From the NCBI GenBank assembly GCA_021413905.1, contig JAIOPO010000001.1:201159-265158 (forward strand): a DNA stretch of 64,000 nucleotides, read 5' to 3'. A program made the position numbers and the translations under genes. Source of the DNA: Candidatus Nomurabacteria bacterium (GTDB lineage: Bacteria; Patescibacteriota; Minisyncoccia; Phycocordibacterales; UBA9973). Of the stretch, positions 1 to 13,105 are shown piece after piece. Within the stretch, counting starts at the first letter, position 1. Each line of letters starts with the position of its first letter. A model generated the notes under the pieces. It made no database searches and was not told where the DNA came from. It worked only from the letters and a program-made list of their open reading frames with translations.

Positions 1-793
1 CTTTTCCTTGTAAACTGTCCGCTACAAGGCTATAAAGCCCTTTTACAGTGCCTTTTGTCACAAATATATCAAGTTTCAAACCCTCCCAAAAAGCCTTATA
101 AACAGGCAATTTTGCAATACCTATCTCGTCCATAGATATCCCTATAACAAATTTTTGACTTAAGGAATTTTTCTTTGGAAATACTTCCGTATTTTTTAAC
201 TCATTACCACGCATATAATTTATTCCCAATTTTTCAGATGACCCGACAAAGTTTTGAAACGTTTCTATACTAGGTGCTGCCTCTTCCACATCATCTCCGA
301 TAATTATAGACATTATTTTATCTCCGGCCTTAAGCCCTGCCAGTTCGGCGGGAGAAGCAGGCACAACAGACAAGACAACCAAATGCTGATCTTGAATTAT
401 GTAATCTTTTTGTTGAGTGCTTGCAGAAGTCGGAAGTCCAGACATAAAACCAAAAGAAAACAAAACCCAAGCCAAAATAAAATTCATAAATACTCCGGCG
501 AAAAGCACGAGAGCTTGCTGATATGCGGGCTTGTTTACAAAACTTCTTTTTGCATCCGGACCATTTGTATTTTCATCATTAGGATCTTCTCCAAAAATTT
601 TCACAAAGCCACCAAAAGGCAAAGCATTGAAACTATATTTTGTTTCTCCTTTTTTAATACTGAATAATTTTGGAGGAAAACCAAAGCCAAATTCATCCAC
701 TCGTATGCCGAAAAATTTAGCCACAAAAAAATGCCCAGCTTCATGGACTAAAACCAGTACCAATAAAATTATTAAAAATATAAGTATATTCAT
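1..793 (-). CDS. rseP: Site-2 (M50) membrane zinc metalloprotease RseP; 3' end runs off the window
   Basis: Not in the ORF track. Hand translation from ATG at 793 gives MNILIFLIILLVLVLVHEAGHFFVAKFFGIRVDEFGFGFPP (HExxH in TM1); lies directly downstream of frr. Confidence 0.9.
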   Translation of the reverse strand, partial: MNILIFLIILLVLVLVHEAGHFFVAKFFGIRVDEFGFGFPPKLFSIKKGETKYSFNALPFGGFVKIFGEDPNDENTNGPDAKRSFVNKPAYQQALVLFAGVFMNFILAWVLFSFGFMSGLPTSASTQQKDYIIQDQHLVVLSVVPASPAELAGLKAGDKIMSIIIGDDVEEAAPSIETFQNFVGSSEKLGINYMRGNELKNTEVFPKKNSLSQKFVIGISMDEIGIAKLPVYKAFWEGLKLDIFVTKGTVKGLYSLVADSLQGK

Positions 794-796
794 AAA

Positions 797-1348
797 TTAA
801 CCCAAAACTTCTTTTTCTTTTTTTTCAAAAATCGCCTCTAAATTATTATTCACTTCGTCTATGACTTTTTGTAATTCTTCTTTCGCGCGGAATTTTTCAT
901 CTTCTGTCAGAGTGCCTTCTTTTTCCTGATCTTGAATTTCATTCCAAACGCGCTCGCGCTCTTGGCGAACTGTGATTCTGGATTCTTCGAGTTTTTGTTT
1001 TAGAACTTTCACAAGATTTTGCCTCGTCTCTGTCGTAAGCTGTGGAAAAATAACACGAATGCCTGCTTCATCAGTCGCCACAGACAAGCCTAAGTTCGCA
1101 GCCATAATAGCTTTCTCAATGCCTTTTATTTGTGTCTTGTCCCAAGGGGCAATGCGCAAAGTCTTTGGGTCTTCAATAGCCACTGAAGCCACATTTTTAA
1201 TAGCCTGATATTGACCATAAGACTCCACAGAAATACCGTCCAAAACCATCGGCGAAGCACGTCCAGTGTTCAGCTGTGTGTATTCTTTGCTCAAAAATTC
1301 CTCCACCTTTTTTAATTCTGTTTTAAAATTTGAAAAATTGTATGCCAT
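797..1348 (-). CDS. frr: Ribosome recycling factor
   Basis: TGRASP..LDGI.VESYG, LRIAPWDK, FPQLTTETR motifs; 183 aa. Confidence 0.97.
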   Translation of the reverse strand: MAYNFSNFKTELKKVEEFLSKEYTQLNTGRASPMVLDGISVESYGQYQAIKNVASVAIEDPKTLRIAPWDKTQIKGIEKAIMAANLGLSVATDEAGIRVIFPQLTTETRQNLVKVLKQKLEESRITVRQERERVWNEIQDQEKEGTLTEDEKFRAKEELQKVIDEVNNNLEAIFEKKEKEVLG

Positions 1349-1377
1349 ATGATTATTATAACACTTACTAATAAAAA

Positions 1378-2094
1378 TTAAAACTTGGGTAAAATTAATG
1401 CCACGGATTCCATCATCATTTTTGCGGAAGAACCCGGCTGGCGCAAAAATTCACGGACTTTGAAAATATGCTCGAAGGAGCTCGCCGAAGAATCCTTTAG
1501 TGAACTGCTAATGACAACCTCCAGCGCATTTAAAAATTTTAAAGCTTTTGCGCGAGTTGAATCTAAAGAAACAACTTCCTCACTTTCTTCTTCATCATCT
1601 TCTTTATCTGGACTTACCAACATTTCTTTCAAGAAATTGATTCGCGCCGTCATAGGCATAGCTATGAATTTCTCTGCTTCTTTTATTTCATTTTTCAAAT
1701 TCAAATCTGAACGAATTAAATAAAATCTTGAGATTAATGTTTTCAAAAGTGAATCAGTGGACGGCACGATAATAAAAAAATGCGTATTCTCTATAGGTTC
1801 TTCAAACATTTTTAACAAAAGATTTTGCGCTTCTATGATAAAACTATTGGCATACACGACAAATATTTTTTTACCTGTGGTAAAACTTTTCTGTCCCCCC
1901 ATATCACGTAAAACCAAAGCGTCTTTTACTTTAAAAGTGTCGACTGATATGGATGTAAAATCCGGATTGTTCGAAGTTTTCACTTCGATACTTTCCACAA
2001 AATCCAAAACTATTTGCATTGTCTCTTCACGAGAACCTTCTATTAAATACGCATGATGTAAATTATTTTTATCAATATTTTCAAAAATATTCAT
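1378..2094 (-). CDS. DNA polymerase III delta'-like (HolB-like) protein, degenerate
   Basis: LHHAYLIEG, NNPDF, EAQNLLLKMFEEP..NTHFFII, TLISR motifs; no Walker A lysine or zinc module. Confidence 0.75.
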   Translation of the reverse strand: MNIFENIDKNNLHHAYLIEGSREETMQIVLDFVESIEVKTSNNPDFTSISVDTFKVKDALVLRDMGGQKSFTTGKKIFVVYANSFIIEAQNLLLKMFEEPIENTHFFIIVPSTDSLLKTLISRFYLIRSDLNLKNEIKEAEKFIAMPMTARINFLKEMLVSPDKEDDEEESEEVVSLDSTRAKALKFLNALEVVISSSLKDSSASSFEHIFKVREFLRQPGSSAKMMMESVALILPKF

Positions 2095-2103
2095 AGATAT
2101 AAA

Positions 2104-3117
2104 TTATCTTTTACTTAAAATAGTTTTTTTGTATACATCCAAGTGATTCAGTGCTATTCCTGTACCCTTAGCTACACAATACAAAGCATCATCTGCAATA
2201 GTAGCTTTGACTCCAGTTTTCCTATAAACCAAATCAGCCAAATTGCGAAGCAATGAAGAACCGCCAGTCATAATAATGCCGTGGTCTATAATATCCGAAG
2301 CGAGCTCTGGAGGAGTTTCTTGCAAAACAACTTTGATAGCTTTTACAATTTGTTTTAATTCATTATCTATAGCTTTTACAATTTCATTTGTGCCGACTTG
2401 AGCAGAACGAGGAAGACCTTGGATAAAATCACGCCCCTTTATTGTGACACGAAGTTCTTCTTCGAGTGGCACTGCTGCGCCAATTTTTATTTTTACTTCT
2501 TCGGCAGTTTTATCTCCAATTGCCAAATTAAAAGTTTTTTTTATATAATCTGCAATCGCTTGATCTATTTTATTTCCGGCACATTTCACAGAAGTACAAG
2601 CTACGATACCACCGAGAGATATCACAGCAACATCAGTAGTACCTCCACCTATATCTACTATCATATGACCTTTTGATTGATGAATCGGAATACCGGCACC
2701 GATTGCAGCCAAGATAGGTTCTTTTACGACATATGCATTACGAGCTCCAGCACGAATAGCAGCTTCAACGACAGCACGACGTTCGGTAGAAGTTACTCCT
2801 GCTGGCACAGAGACCATAACATCTGGTTTAATTAAATTAAATTTACCCATTGCTTTATTTATAAAATATCTAAGCATTGCTTCTGTGACTCTGTAATCTG
2901 CTATCACACCATCTTTCATTGGTCTGTATGCAATTATAGAATCTGGGGTTTTCCCGATCATGTCTTTCGCCTCAGCTCCTATTGCTAATATTTTATTGTC
3001 TTGTTCAGAAACAGCAACAACGGAAGGTTCATTTAAAACAATGCCTTTTCCAGGTAAAAACACTAAAGTATTTGCTGTTCCCAGATCTATGCCCAATTTT
3101 TTTGAAAATAATCCCAT
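2104..3117 (-). CDS. mreB: Rod shape-determining actin-like ATPase MreB/Mbl
   Basis: GIDLGTANTL, RPMKDGVIAD, VDIGGGTTD, MTGGSSLL. Confidence 0.95.
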   Translation of the reverse strand: MGLFSKKLGIDLGTANTLVFLPGKGIVLNEPSVVAVSEQDNKILAIGAEAKDMIGKTPDSIIAYRPMKDGVIADYRVTEAMLRYFINKAMGKFNLIKPDVMVSVPAGVTSTERRAVVEAAIRAGARNAYVVKEPILAAIGAGIPIHQSKGHMIVDIGGGTTDVAVISLGGIVACTSVKCAGNKIDQAIADYIKKTFNLAIGDKTAEEVKIKIGAAVPLEEELRVTIKGRDFIQGLPRSAQVGTNEIVKAIDNELKQIVKAIKVVLQETPPELASDIIDHGIIMTGGSSLLRNLADLVYRKTGVKATIADDALYCVAKGTGIALNHLDVYKKTILSKR

Positions 3118-3124
3118 AGGGCTA

Positions 3125-3148
3125 AATATAGCATAAATATGCTAGAAT
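3125..3148. promoter_or_regulatory. Back-to-back extended -10 promoters for mreB and priA
   Basis: TGCTATATT on minus (3125-3133) and TGCTAGAAT on plus (3140-3148), each 7 nt before its ATG. Confidence 0.65.
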
Positions 3149-3155
3149 AAAAAGA

Positions 3156-5087
3156 ATGAAAATAGTCACCGTAATACCACTAGCAAAGGGCGCTTTTAAA
3201 GAAGATTTGACGTATTTTACAGCTCATGAAATACCAAATGGCAATATAGTCAGCATACCAATTCGTAATAAAAACATACTAGGATTAGTGGTATCTTCCG
3301 AGGAAGTTACTGGAGCAAAAGGAGACATTAAAAACATGTCCTTTAATTTAAAAAAAATTACCGAGACAAAAGAGCAATCAGTTTTCAAAAAAGAATTTTT
3401 GGAATCCGCATTTGAAGTCAGCGATTATTTCGCTTGCAGAAAAAATAATCTTATCACGCATTTATTGCCGTCTGCATTTCAAAATGATTATGATAAAATT
3501 TCTAAAATCAACATCACTCCTGACTTATCCTCTGAAATACGAGGAACAGAATTAAAATCAGAAAAATTACTTTTTCAAAATTCTTTTACAGATAGAATTT
3601 CTTTTTATAAAACAATGATTCGTGAATCTTTTGCTCAAAAAAAATCAATATATATAGTTTTGCCTACAGAAAATGATATAAATAATTTTAATATTTTATT
3701 AAGCAAAGGTGTGGAGAATTTTACCTTTTCTATTCATGGAGGATTGAGTGTAAAAAAACAAATAGAATTATTTAAACAAATAACAATGTCTGAGCATCCA
3801 GTACTTGTTTTAGGAACTGCTCCGTATTTATGCATACCAAGAAATGATTTCGAAACAATAATATTGGAACATGAAAATTCAAATACTTATAAAACAATGA
3901 ATAGGCCTAGTTTAGATCTGAGAATTTTTGTCGAATTATTTGCGGTAAAAACAAAAGCTAAATTTATTTTAGCTGATACTGTATTGCGTTTTGAAAGTAT
4001 TGCTCGTAAAAAAGACAATGATATTGAAGAAATTCGCCCTTTATCATTTATAATGAATAATAATAATGCTGAAATTGTAACTATTTTAAGAGAAAAAAAC
4101 ATGAAATTTACAATATTCTCTGAAGATATTTTAAAAGAAATAAAACAAAATATAGACAAAAAACAAAATGTTTTCATATTTGCATTAAGAAAAGGACTTG
4201 CCACAGAGACTATTTGTAGAGATTGTAATCAATCGATAAATTGTGAAAAATGTCATTCCCCTGTAGTGCTTTATTTATCCAAAGATGGTACAAAAAGAAG
4301 ATTTGCTTGCAATAGATGTAATACTGAAAAAAATCCAGAAATGCTTTGTCCTAGATGTGGAAGCTGGAATTTGATACCTCTTGGTATAGGCACAGACACT
4401 GTTTCAGAAGAATTAAAAAATATTTTTCCGGATATAAAAATTTTTAAATTGGATAAAGAATCGATAAAAAATACAAAAGAAGCAGAAGAAATGATTCAGG
4501 ATTTTGAAAATATGCATGGAGCAATATTAATAGGCACAGAAATGGCTTTTTTCTATTTACAAAAACCAGTCACTTTTTCAGTGGTCGCTTCTTTTGATTC
4601 ACTTTGGAGTATACCGAATTTCCGAATGAGTGAGAAAATAATACAAATCATAATTTCTTTAATTCTTTTTACAAAAGACAAATTAATAATACAAACAAAA
4701 AATGAAAATGATTCTTCTATTATTGCTCTTAGAAATGAAAACCTTCATTCATTTGTTAGAGAAGAAATTGAAATTAGAAAAAATCTAGGATATCCGCCAT
4801 TTAAAAAATTTATAAAAGTAACACATTTCGGCCAAAAAGAAGAAGTCGCTCATGTTAAAAAATATCTATTAGAAATTTTCAAAGAATATGAACCGGAAAT
4901 TTTTAGTGGTTTTGTATCAAAATTAAAAGATAAATATGTAACAAATATGCTTATTAAACTTGATCCAAAAAATTGGTCTTTACCTGAACTTCACCCTGAC
5001 TCGAAATTAAATAAAAACCTCCTCACCAAGCTCCTCTCCCTCCCGCCATCATTTTCTGTATCAGTTGACCCAGAAGATTTGTTGTAA
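3156..5087 (+). CDS. priA: Primosomal protein N' (PriA), helicase motifs degenerate
   Basis: N-terminal LTY..G.IV.IP domain; four CxxC motifs (CRDC, CEKC, CNRC, CPRC); LGIGT; R..LGYPPF; C-terminal VDPEDLL. Confidence 0.88.
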   Translation: MKIVTVIPLAKGAFKEDLTYFTAHEIPNGNIVSIPIRNKNILGLVVSSEEVTGAKGDIKNMSFNLKKITETKEQSVFKKEFLESAFEVSDYFACRKNNLITHLLPSAFQNDYDKISKINITPDLSSEIRGTELKSEKLLFQNSFTDRISFYKTMIRESFAQKKSIYIVLPTENDINNFNILLSKGVENFTFSIHGGLSVKKQIELFKQITMSEHPVLVLGTAPYLCIPRNDFETIILEHENSNTYKTMNRPSLDLRIFVELFAVKTKAKFILADTVLRFESIARKKDNDIEEIRPLSFIMNNNNAEIVTILREKNMKFTIFSEDILKEIKQNIDKKQNVFIFALRKGLATETICRDCNQSINCEKCHSPVVLYLSKDGTKRRFACNRCNTEKNPEMLCPRCGSWNLIPLGIGTDTVSEELKNIFPDIKIFKLDKESIKNTKEAEEMIQDFENMHGAILIGTEMAFFYLQKPVTFSVVASFDSLWSIPNFRMSEKIIQIIISLILFTKDKLIIQTKNENDSSIIALRNENLHSFVREEIEIRKNLGYPPFKKFIKVTHFGQKEEVAHVKKYLLEIFKEYEPEIFSGFVSKLKDKYVTNMLIKLDPKNWSLPELHPDSKLNKNLLTKLLSLPPSFSVSVDPEDLL

Positions 5088-5088
5088 A

Positions 5089-5766
5089 TTAATTAGAAAC
5101 CAACACAGTAAACTCCCCTTTTTGTTTGACGGGATTTTTTGTGAAATATTCCAAAAGTTCGGCGGGTTTGCCTGTTTTAAATTCTTCAAAAATTTTAGTG
5201 ATTTCGCGAGCAACACAAACTTTTTTGTCTGGGCAGAATTTTGCTAAAGATTCCAAAGTTTTTAAAATGCGATGCGAAGATTCGTAAAAAATCATCGTGC
5301 GTTCTGCATTTGCAATTTCTTTAAATAAAGTCTCTCTGCCTTTTTTGTGTGGAAGAAAACCAAGAAATGTGAATTCGTGCGTGGGCAAGCCTGACGCAGA
5401 AAGTGCAGAAATGATGGCTGATGCACCCGGAATAGGTATGACTTGCACGTCATCATTAAACTTTTCTTTAATCTGAGAAATAAGCAATGCGCCCGGGTCT
5501 GAGATGGTCGGCGTGCCGGCATCAGAAACCAATGCAATATTTTTACCTTCTTCTAGGAGTGCAAAAATCTTGTCTGTCTTTGTTAATTTACTCTGAGCAT
5601 GAAAACTCATTGTAGAATTTTTTATTTCATATTTATTTAAAAGTTTTTGCGTGGTTCTTGTATCTTCACATAAAATTAAATCCACCTCACCTAAAATACG
5701 AATCGCTCGTAAAGTTATATCTTCCATATTACCTATCGGTGTAGCTATAACGTAAAATTTAACCAT
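5089..5766 (-). CDS. rsmI: 16S rRNA (cytidine1402-2'-O)-methyltransferase
   Basis: ATPIGNMEDITLRA, CEDTR, VSDAGTPTISDPG, YESSHR, REITK..EE. Confidence 0.96.
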   Translation of the reverse strand: MVKFYVIATPIGNMEDITLRAIRILGEVDLILCEDTRTTQKLLNKYEIKNSTMSFHAQSKLTKTDKIFALLEEGKNIALVSDAGTPTISDPGALLISQIKEKFNDDVQVIPIPGASAIISALSASGLPTHEFTFLGFLPHKKGRETLFKEIANAERTMIFYESSHRILKTLESLAKFCPDKKVCVAREITKIFEEFKTGKPAELLEYFTKNPVKQKGEFTVLVSN

Positions 5767-5775
5767 TTGAATAAA

Positions 5776-6105
5776 TTAAAGTAAAAATAATTTATGAATA
5801 CCGTAATGATTAAACAATTGAAACATAATAAATAAATACAAAATTGAAAATGCTAAAGAAAAAATAAATAGAACAATATAACTGATATGTGTAGTATTTT
5901 TTAATTTATATAAATTTAAAATAGATATAATTAAAGAAAATAAACAAAAAACAAAAAAAATAAAAGGTAGATAATTAACAAAGACATGTCCTCCATTTTT
6001 AAAAGACATTCCAGCTAGAAAATTAAAAGGAGTAGCTAAAACACAAGCAATCTCTAAAAGTAATAAGACCCAGGGAACGAGTTTTCTATCTTCTTCATTT
6101 TTCAT
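5776..6105 (-). CDS. Hypothetical membrane protein (about 3 TM helices)
   Basis: 109-aa hydrophobic ORF filling the atpC-rsmI gap; TGATATAAT box about 9 nt upstream of its ATG. Confidence 0.6.
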   Translation of the reverse strand: MKNEEDRKLVPWVLLLLEIACVLATPFNFLAGMSFKNGGHVFVNYLPFIFFVFCLFSLIISILNLYKLKNTTHISYIVLFIFSLAFSILYLFIMFQLFNHYGIHKLFLL

Positions 6106-6149
6106 AACTTATTGATTATATCATACTATATAATATAAATGTAAATAAA

Positions 6150-6596
6150 TTATTTTCTGTATTTTCGAGTACGCCATTTATCGGCTATTTTTACGCGAGT
6201 GAGTGAGCGTTCGAGTTCTGTGGCAAAATGTTCGAAGTCTACTACTTCTTTATTTTCTGCTTGTTTACGTAATTCTTCAGCTTTTGCTTTTGCTTTATTT
6301 ACTTCTTCTTCAGAAATATCAGTCACAAATTCCACAAAGTCTGCCAAAATGATGACATTGGTAATTTTATTTTCGTCTTCTTTGACTTCCACAAAACCTC
6401 CTACCACAGCCATAGGAATATGTTCACCTTTTACAATACCGACAATATCTCCAGATCTTAATCCTCCAATAAGAGGAATATGTTCTGGTAAAATTGTAAT
6501 TTCTCCTTCAATAGTCGGCACGACAACAGCATCCATCATTTCTTCAAGGATTAGTTTTTCCGGCGTTATTATTTTTAATTTTAATTGTTTTGACAT
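6150..6596 (-). CDS. atpC: ATP synthase F1 epsilon subunit
   Basis: IITPEK, PTIEGEITILPEHIPL, GGFVEV; last gene of the atp operon. Confidence 0.95.
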   Translation of the reverse strand: MSKQLKLKIITPEKLILEEMMDAVVVPTIEGEITILPEHIPLIGGLRSGDIVGIVKGEHIPMAVVGGFVEVKEDENKITNVIILADFVEFVTDISEEEVNKAKAKAEELRKQAENKEVVDFEHFATELERSLTRVKIADKWRTRKYRK

Positions 6597-6608
6597 AAAT
6601 TTATTTAC

Positions 6609-9081
<2,473 letters not shown>

Positions 9082-9086
9082 GAAAT

Positions 9087-10586
9087 TTATTTTACAAATC
9101 CACTTTTATAATCCCCTATCGCTTGTTTTAATTCCGCTTCGCCGTCGTCTTCCCACATTTTCTTTTCACGAACTTGGGAAAGGAATTTCTTTGCATTATT
9201 TTCCGCATATTCTACAAGACCAATTTCAAATGCCTTGATTTTATCAATCGCAACATCATCCATAAAACCTTTGACTAAAGCATAAAGCCCGATGATTTGA
9301 TGTTCGACGACGACAGGAGAATATTGAGGTTGTTTCAATAGTTCGACTGCTCTTTTACCGCGTTCAAGCTGGCGTTTTGTGGCATCATCTAGGTCAGAAC
9401 CGAATTGAGAAAAAGCTTCTAGTTCACGGAATTGCGCAAGATCGAGCTTTAAAGTTCCCGCGACTTTTTTCATACCTTTTATTTGCGCAGACCCTCCCAC
9501 GCGAGAAACAGAAAGCCCGACGTTCACCGCAGGACGCACGCCTTTATAAAATAAATCCGTCTCCAAGAAAATTTGTCCGTCGGTGATGGAAATAACATTC
9601 GTAGGAATATATGCAGATACGTCGCCAGCTTGAGTTTCAATTATGGGCAATGCTGTGATACTTCCTCCTCCATAATCTTTATTTTTTCGGCAAGCGCGTT
9701 CGAGTAAACGAGAATGTAAATAGAAAACGTCTCCAGGATATGCTTCACGACCAGGTGGACGACGAAGCAAAAGAGAAATTTCTCGGTATGCCACAGCGTG
9801 CTTGGAAAGATCATCATAAATAATCAAAACATCTTTGCCTTGATCCATAAAATATTCAGAAATAGCGACTCCGGTATAAGGCGCGATGTATGACATAGAC
9901 GCAGGCTCGGAAGAACCGGCAGATACGATGACAGTGTATTCCATCGCTCCGCCTTCTTTCAAACGAGTTTCCAATTTGCGAAGTTTAGAATCTTTTTGTC
10001 CGATTGAAACATAAACACAAATCATATTTTGGCCTTTTTGGTTTAAGATTGCATCGATAGCGATAGCAGTCTTACCTGTCTGTCTGTCGCCAATAATGAG
10101 CTCACGCTGACCACGACCGATAGGAATAAGCGCGTCAATTGCCTTGATACCTGTCTGTACTGGCTGGTCCACGGATTGACGACTCATCACACCACTTGCC
10201 ACTCGCTCCACAGGGTTTGTCTTTTCAGTTTTTATAGCTCCGCGTCCGTCGATGGCTTGGCCCAAAGCATTTACAACTCTACCCACCATGGCATCACCCA
10301 CGGGGACTTCGAGTATTTTACCGGTATTTTTGACTTCATCGCCTTCGCGAATTTTAGAGAAATCTCCTAAAACAATTGCGCCCACGGAATCTTCTTCGAG
10401 GTTTAAAGCCACGCCCATCACACCACTGGAAAAAGAAAGCATTTCAGAAGCCTTCACATTTGAAAGACCGGAAATCTTTGCAATGCCGTCGAAAACTTCC
10501 ATCACATAGCCGACTTTTTGCGTCTTGATGTCTGCCTTAAATCCTTCTATTTCTTTTCTTAAACTTTCTATTATTTGATTTGCCAT
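9087..10586 (-). CDS. atpA: ATP synthase F1 alpha subunit
   Basis: [30 protein letters not shown]. Confidence 0.98.
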   Translation of the reverse strand: MANQIIESLRKEIEGFKADIKTQKVGYVMEVFDGIAKISGLSNVKASEMLSFSSGVMGVALNLEEDSVGAIVLGDFSKIREGDEVKNTGKILEVPVGDAMVGRVVNALGQAIDGRGAIKTEKTNPVERVASGVMSRQSVDQPVQTGIKAIDALIPIGRGQRELIIGDRQTGKTAIAIDAILNQKGQNMICVYVSIGQKDSKLRKLETRLKEGGAMEYTVIVSAGSSEPASMSYIAPYTGVAISEYFMDQGKDVLIIYDDLSKHAVAYREISLLLRRPPGREAYPGDVFYLHSRLLERACRKNKDYGGGSITALPIIETQAGDVSAYIPTNVISITDGQIFLETDLFYKGVRPAVNVGLSVSRVGGSAQIKGMKKVAGTLKLDLAQFRELEAFSQFGSDLDDATKRQLERGKRAVELLKQPQYSPVVVEHQIIGLYALVKGFMDDVAIDKIKAFEIGLVEYAENNAKKFLSQVREKKMWEDDGEAELKQAIGDYKSGFVK

Positions 10587-10592
10587 ATATTT

Positions 10593-11000
10593 TTATTTAT
10601 TAATTAAATGTTTTTCCAATTGTTTTAAATTATTTCTGTAAGTCATATCCAGCACATCCTCACCGACCTGTATTTTCATTCCACCCAAAAGATTTTTATC
10701 TTCAAAATATTCGCTCTCAATGTGTTTCGATCCGTATCTTTCTTTCATCTCATGCTCTAAACTTTTTTTCTTTTCTTCTGTTAAAACTTTTGCAGTTTTG
10801 ACTTTCATCCGCACTATTCCCTTTTTCCTATCAATTACTTTTTGTAATTCTTTTAAAATTTCTTCGGATTGTGACAGGAGTTTTTTATTTTTCAAAAAAA
10901 TGGCAAAATTCTTGCCGAGCATTTCCAGCTCTTTTACATTCTTGCATTCTGTCATATTTTCTAGAGTTTCCGCCAGATTTTTAATTGAAATTTTTGCCAT
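10593..11000 (-). CDS. atpH: ATP synthase delta subunit (short form)
   Basis: C-terminal D.NLLGGMKIQVGEDVLD OSCP motif; between atpF and atpA. Confidence 0.85.
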   Translation of the reverse strand: MAKISIKNLAETLENMTECKNVKELEMLGKNFAIFLKNKKLLSQSEEILKELQKVIDRKKGIVRMKVKTAKVLTEEKKKSLEHEMKERYGSKHIESEYFEDKNLLGGMKIQVGEDVLDMTYRNNLKQLEKHLINK

Positions 11001-11006
11001 ATTTAT

Positions 11007-11456
11007 TTATTTATTCTTTTCTGCCAAAACTTTTTCTGTAGCTTGCAACACAAGTCCAGCTACTTCATTTTTAACTTCACCTAACATTTTAACTCTCTCG
11101 GCTTCTATAATCTTCTTGCCATTTTCTATTGTTTCAATCATTTCTTTTTGAGCTTGCTCAAGTATTTCAGCTTTTTTCTTTTCAGCTTCTTTTTTATTTT
11201 TATCAAAAATTTCATTTGCTTCGATGCGAGCTTTTGCAATAGCTTTTTCATATTCTTCTGTTGTAGCTTTCAATAAATCTGCATTTGTCTTAGCATCATC
11301 AATGCCTTTTTCTATTTTTGTAGATCTTTCTTGCATTAATTTATGCAAAGGTTTGATAGCAAAATAAAACAAAACAGCAAAAACAATACCAAAGTTTAAT
11401 GCTTGGGCAATGACTATTTTCCAATCTATATGAAATGTTGTAATTATTGAATCCAT
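11007..11456 (-). CDS. atpF: ATP synthase Fo b subunit
   Basis: AQALNFGIV TM, KPL..MQERS.KI, long coiled coil. Confidence 0.93.
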   Translation of the reverse strand: MDSIITTFHIDWKIVIAQALNFGIVFAVLFYFAIKPLHKLMQERSTKIEKGIDDAKTNADLLKATTEEYEKAIAKARIEANEIFDKNKKEAEKKKAEILEQAQKEMIETIENGKKIIEAERVKMLGEVKNEVAGLVLQATEKVLAEKNK

Positions 11457-11535
11457 GTTAAATAAAAATTATTATAAATAATATCCTGAAAGCGATGCCA
11501 ATATTTCTGTAAATACGGCACCGAAATTCAAAATA

Positions 11536-11784
<249 letters not shown>

Positions 11785-11794
11785 TTATTATTAA

Positions 11795-12685
11795 TTATGC
11801 ATGAGCGTGACCGCGCTCATTGCTTTCATCATGTTCTTCATGATCTTGTGAAGCTATACTAAAATATACCAACACCAAGATCGCAAAGATAAAAGCCTGA
11901 ATAAGTCCCACGAAAACTTCCAAGAAAAGAAAAGGGACAGGTAAACCATATGCGAGAATAGCACTCATCGCAAGCAATAAAACTTCTCCAGCAAATACAT
12001 TTCCGAATAGACGAAAAGAAAGCGAAGCGACTTTTGCGAATTCTCCTATTAATTCCAAAATACCAACAAAGAACGTTATCGGCCCGACTATGACTACTGA
12101 TTTATCTTTACGGAATTTCGTAGCGACACTGCCAAGCGCTTTAATATTAACATACTTATTGAAAGTTTTCCAAATACCGATAGATAAAATTCCAAAAATA
12201 TTTGCTCCGATAACTGATATGACAGACATTGCTAAAGTGGTATTTACATCTGCTGTACCACTACGAATAAAAGGTATGAAAGATTTACCATGTTCGCCGA
12301 TTTCAATCAAACCGAAACCACCCAAAGGTAATATACCAAGCCAATTATTTATTAAAACAAAAAAGAATATCGCAAAAGCAAGAGGAAATAATTTCAAAGT
12401 TAATTTTCTACTGCCTGTCACCTGATCACACAAAGAAAAAGCTCCATCTAAAATCATTTCAAAAAAATTCTGAAAACCTTTTGGTCTTTCACAAAGTTTT
12501 CTGTTTAAAATAAAAACAACAGAAACAATAATCAAAACAGCAATCCAGGAAGTAAGCAAAGCATTTGTAATCGGAAAATTACCAATATGTCCTATTGGTT
12601 CAGCATATATAGTTGCTTCATGAGAAATTTCTCCATGATCTGCATTTATTGTATTCTCAATATTTGTATTTTTAGTCTCTTCCAT
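11795..12685 (-). CDS. atpB: ATP synthase Fo a subunit
   Basis: SLSFRLFGNVFAGE, LEVFVGLIQAFIF; start placed at MEETKN (approximate). Confidence 0.95.
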   Translation of the reverse strand: MEETKNTNIENTINADHGEISHEATIYAEPIGHIGNFPITNALLTSWIAVLIIVSVVFILNRKLCERPKGFQNFFEMILDGAFSLCDQVTGSRKLTLKLFPLAFAIFFFVLINNWLGILPLGGFGLIEIGEHGKSFIPFIRSGTADVNTTLAMSVISVIGANIFGILSIGIWKTFNKYVNIKALGSVATKFRKDKSVVIVGPITFFVGILELIGEFAKVASLSFRLFGNVFAGEVLLLAMSAILAYGLPVPFLFLEVFVGLIQAFIFAILVLVYFSIASQDHEEHDESNERGHAHA

Positions 12686-13001
12686 AATATTTATCTTCTT
12701 TTCTTTCGTAATCATCCTTATCGTTATATCCATACTTCTTAATGTTTGTTAGACTTTTTTTTGCATCTTCGGCAATCTCTTTCACATATTTCATTGAAAT
12801 TCTCGCAACAGCAATCATAGACACAACAAAAGAAATGAACATTATTCCTAACATTATCCAAGGAGCAGTATTAAAGCGATTATCCAAATATTTACCCAAA
12901 TAAACAGCAATAATTAATGGTATAGCTATCCAAACTGAAATTCTGGTAAATAAAAATAAAACTGGTCTCCACCATTTTTGACTGTTTTCTTTTTCTTGCA
13001 T
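12672..13001 (-). CDS. AtpZ/AtpI family protein
   Basis: IAIP....YLGKYLDNRFNTAPW two-TM pattern; first gene of the atp operon. Confidence 0.85.
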   Translation of the reverse strand: MQEKENSQKWWRPVLFLFTRISVWIAIPLIIAVYLGKYLDNRFNTAPWIMLGIMFISFVVSMIAVARISMKYVKEIAEDAKKSLTNIKKYGYNDKDDYERKEDKYYGRD

Positions 13002-13060
13002 AATACTATTGCAGTATACAAGAATAAAAAATGTAAATCAACCACAAAAATACATTGAAA

Positions 13061-13105
13061 AATAAAGCTTTTCCATATGTCAGACATATGGGGGAAAAGT
13101 TTATT
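13061..13105. repeat. Imperfect inverted repeat (catatgt-cag-acatatg core)
   Basis: aataaagcttttccatatgt / acatatgggggaaaagtttatt; 15/16 nt match to part of the gatB insertion. Confidence 0.7.

Noticed and set aside
254..800. Plus-strand ORFs 254-667 and 531-800
   Set aside because: Antisense shadows of rseP. The same applies to the many short ORFs opposite housekeeping genes and the giant gene.
1473..1500. Weak hairpin (aagga...tcctt) in the holB-like gene
   Set aside because: Short imperfect stem; an indel cannot be shown without orthologues.
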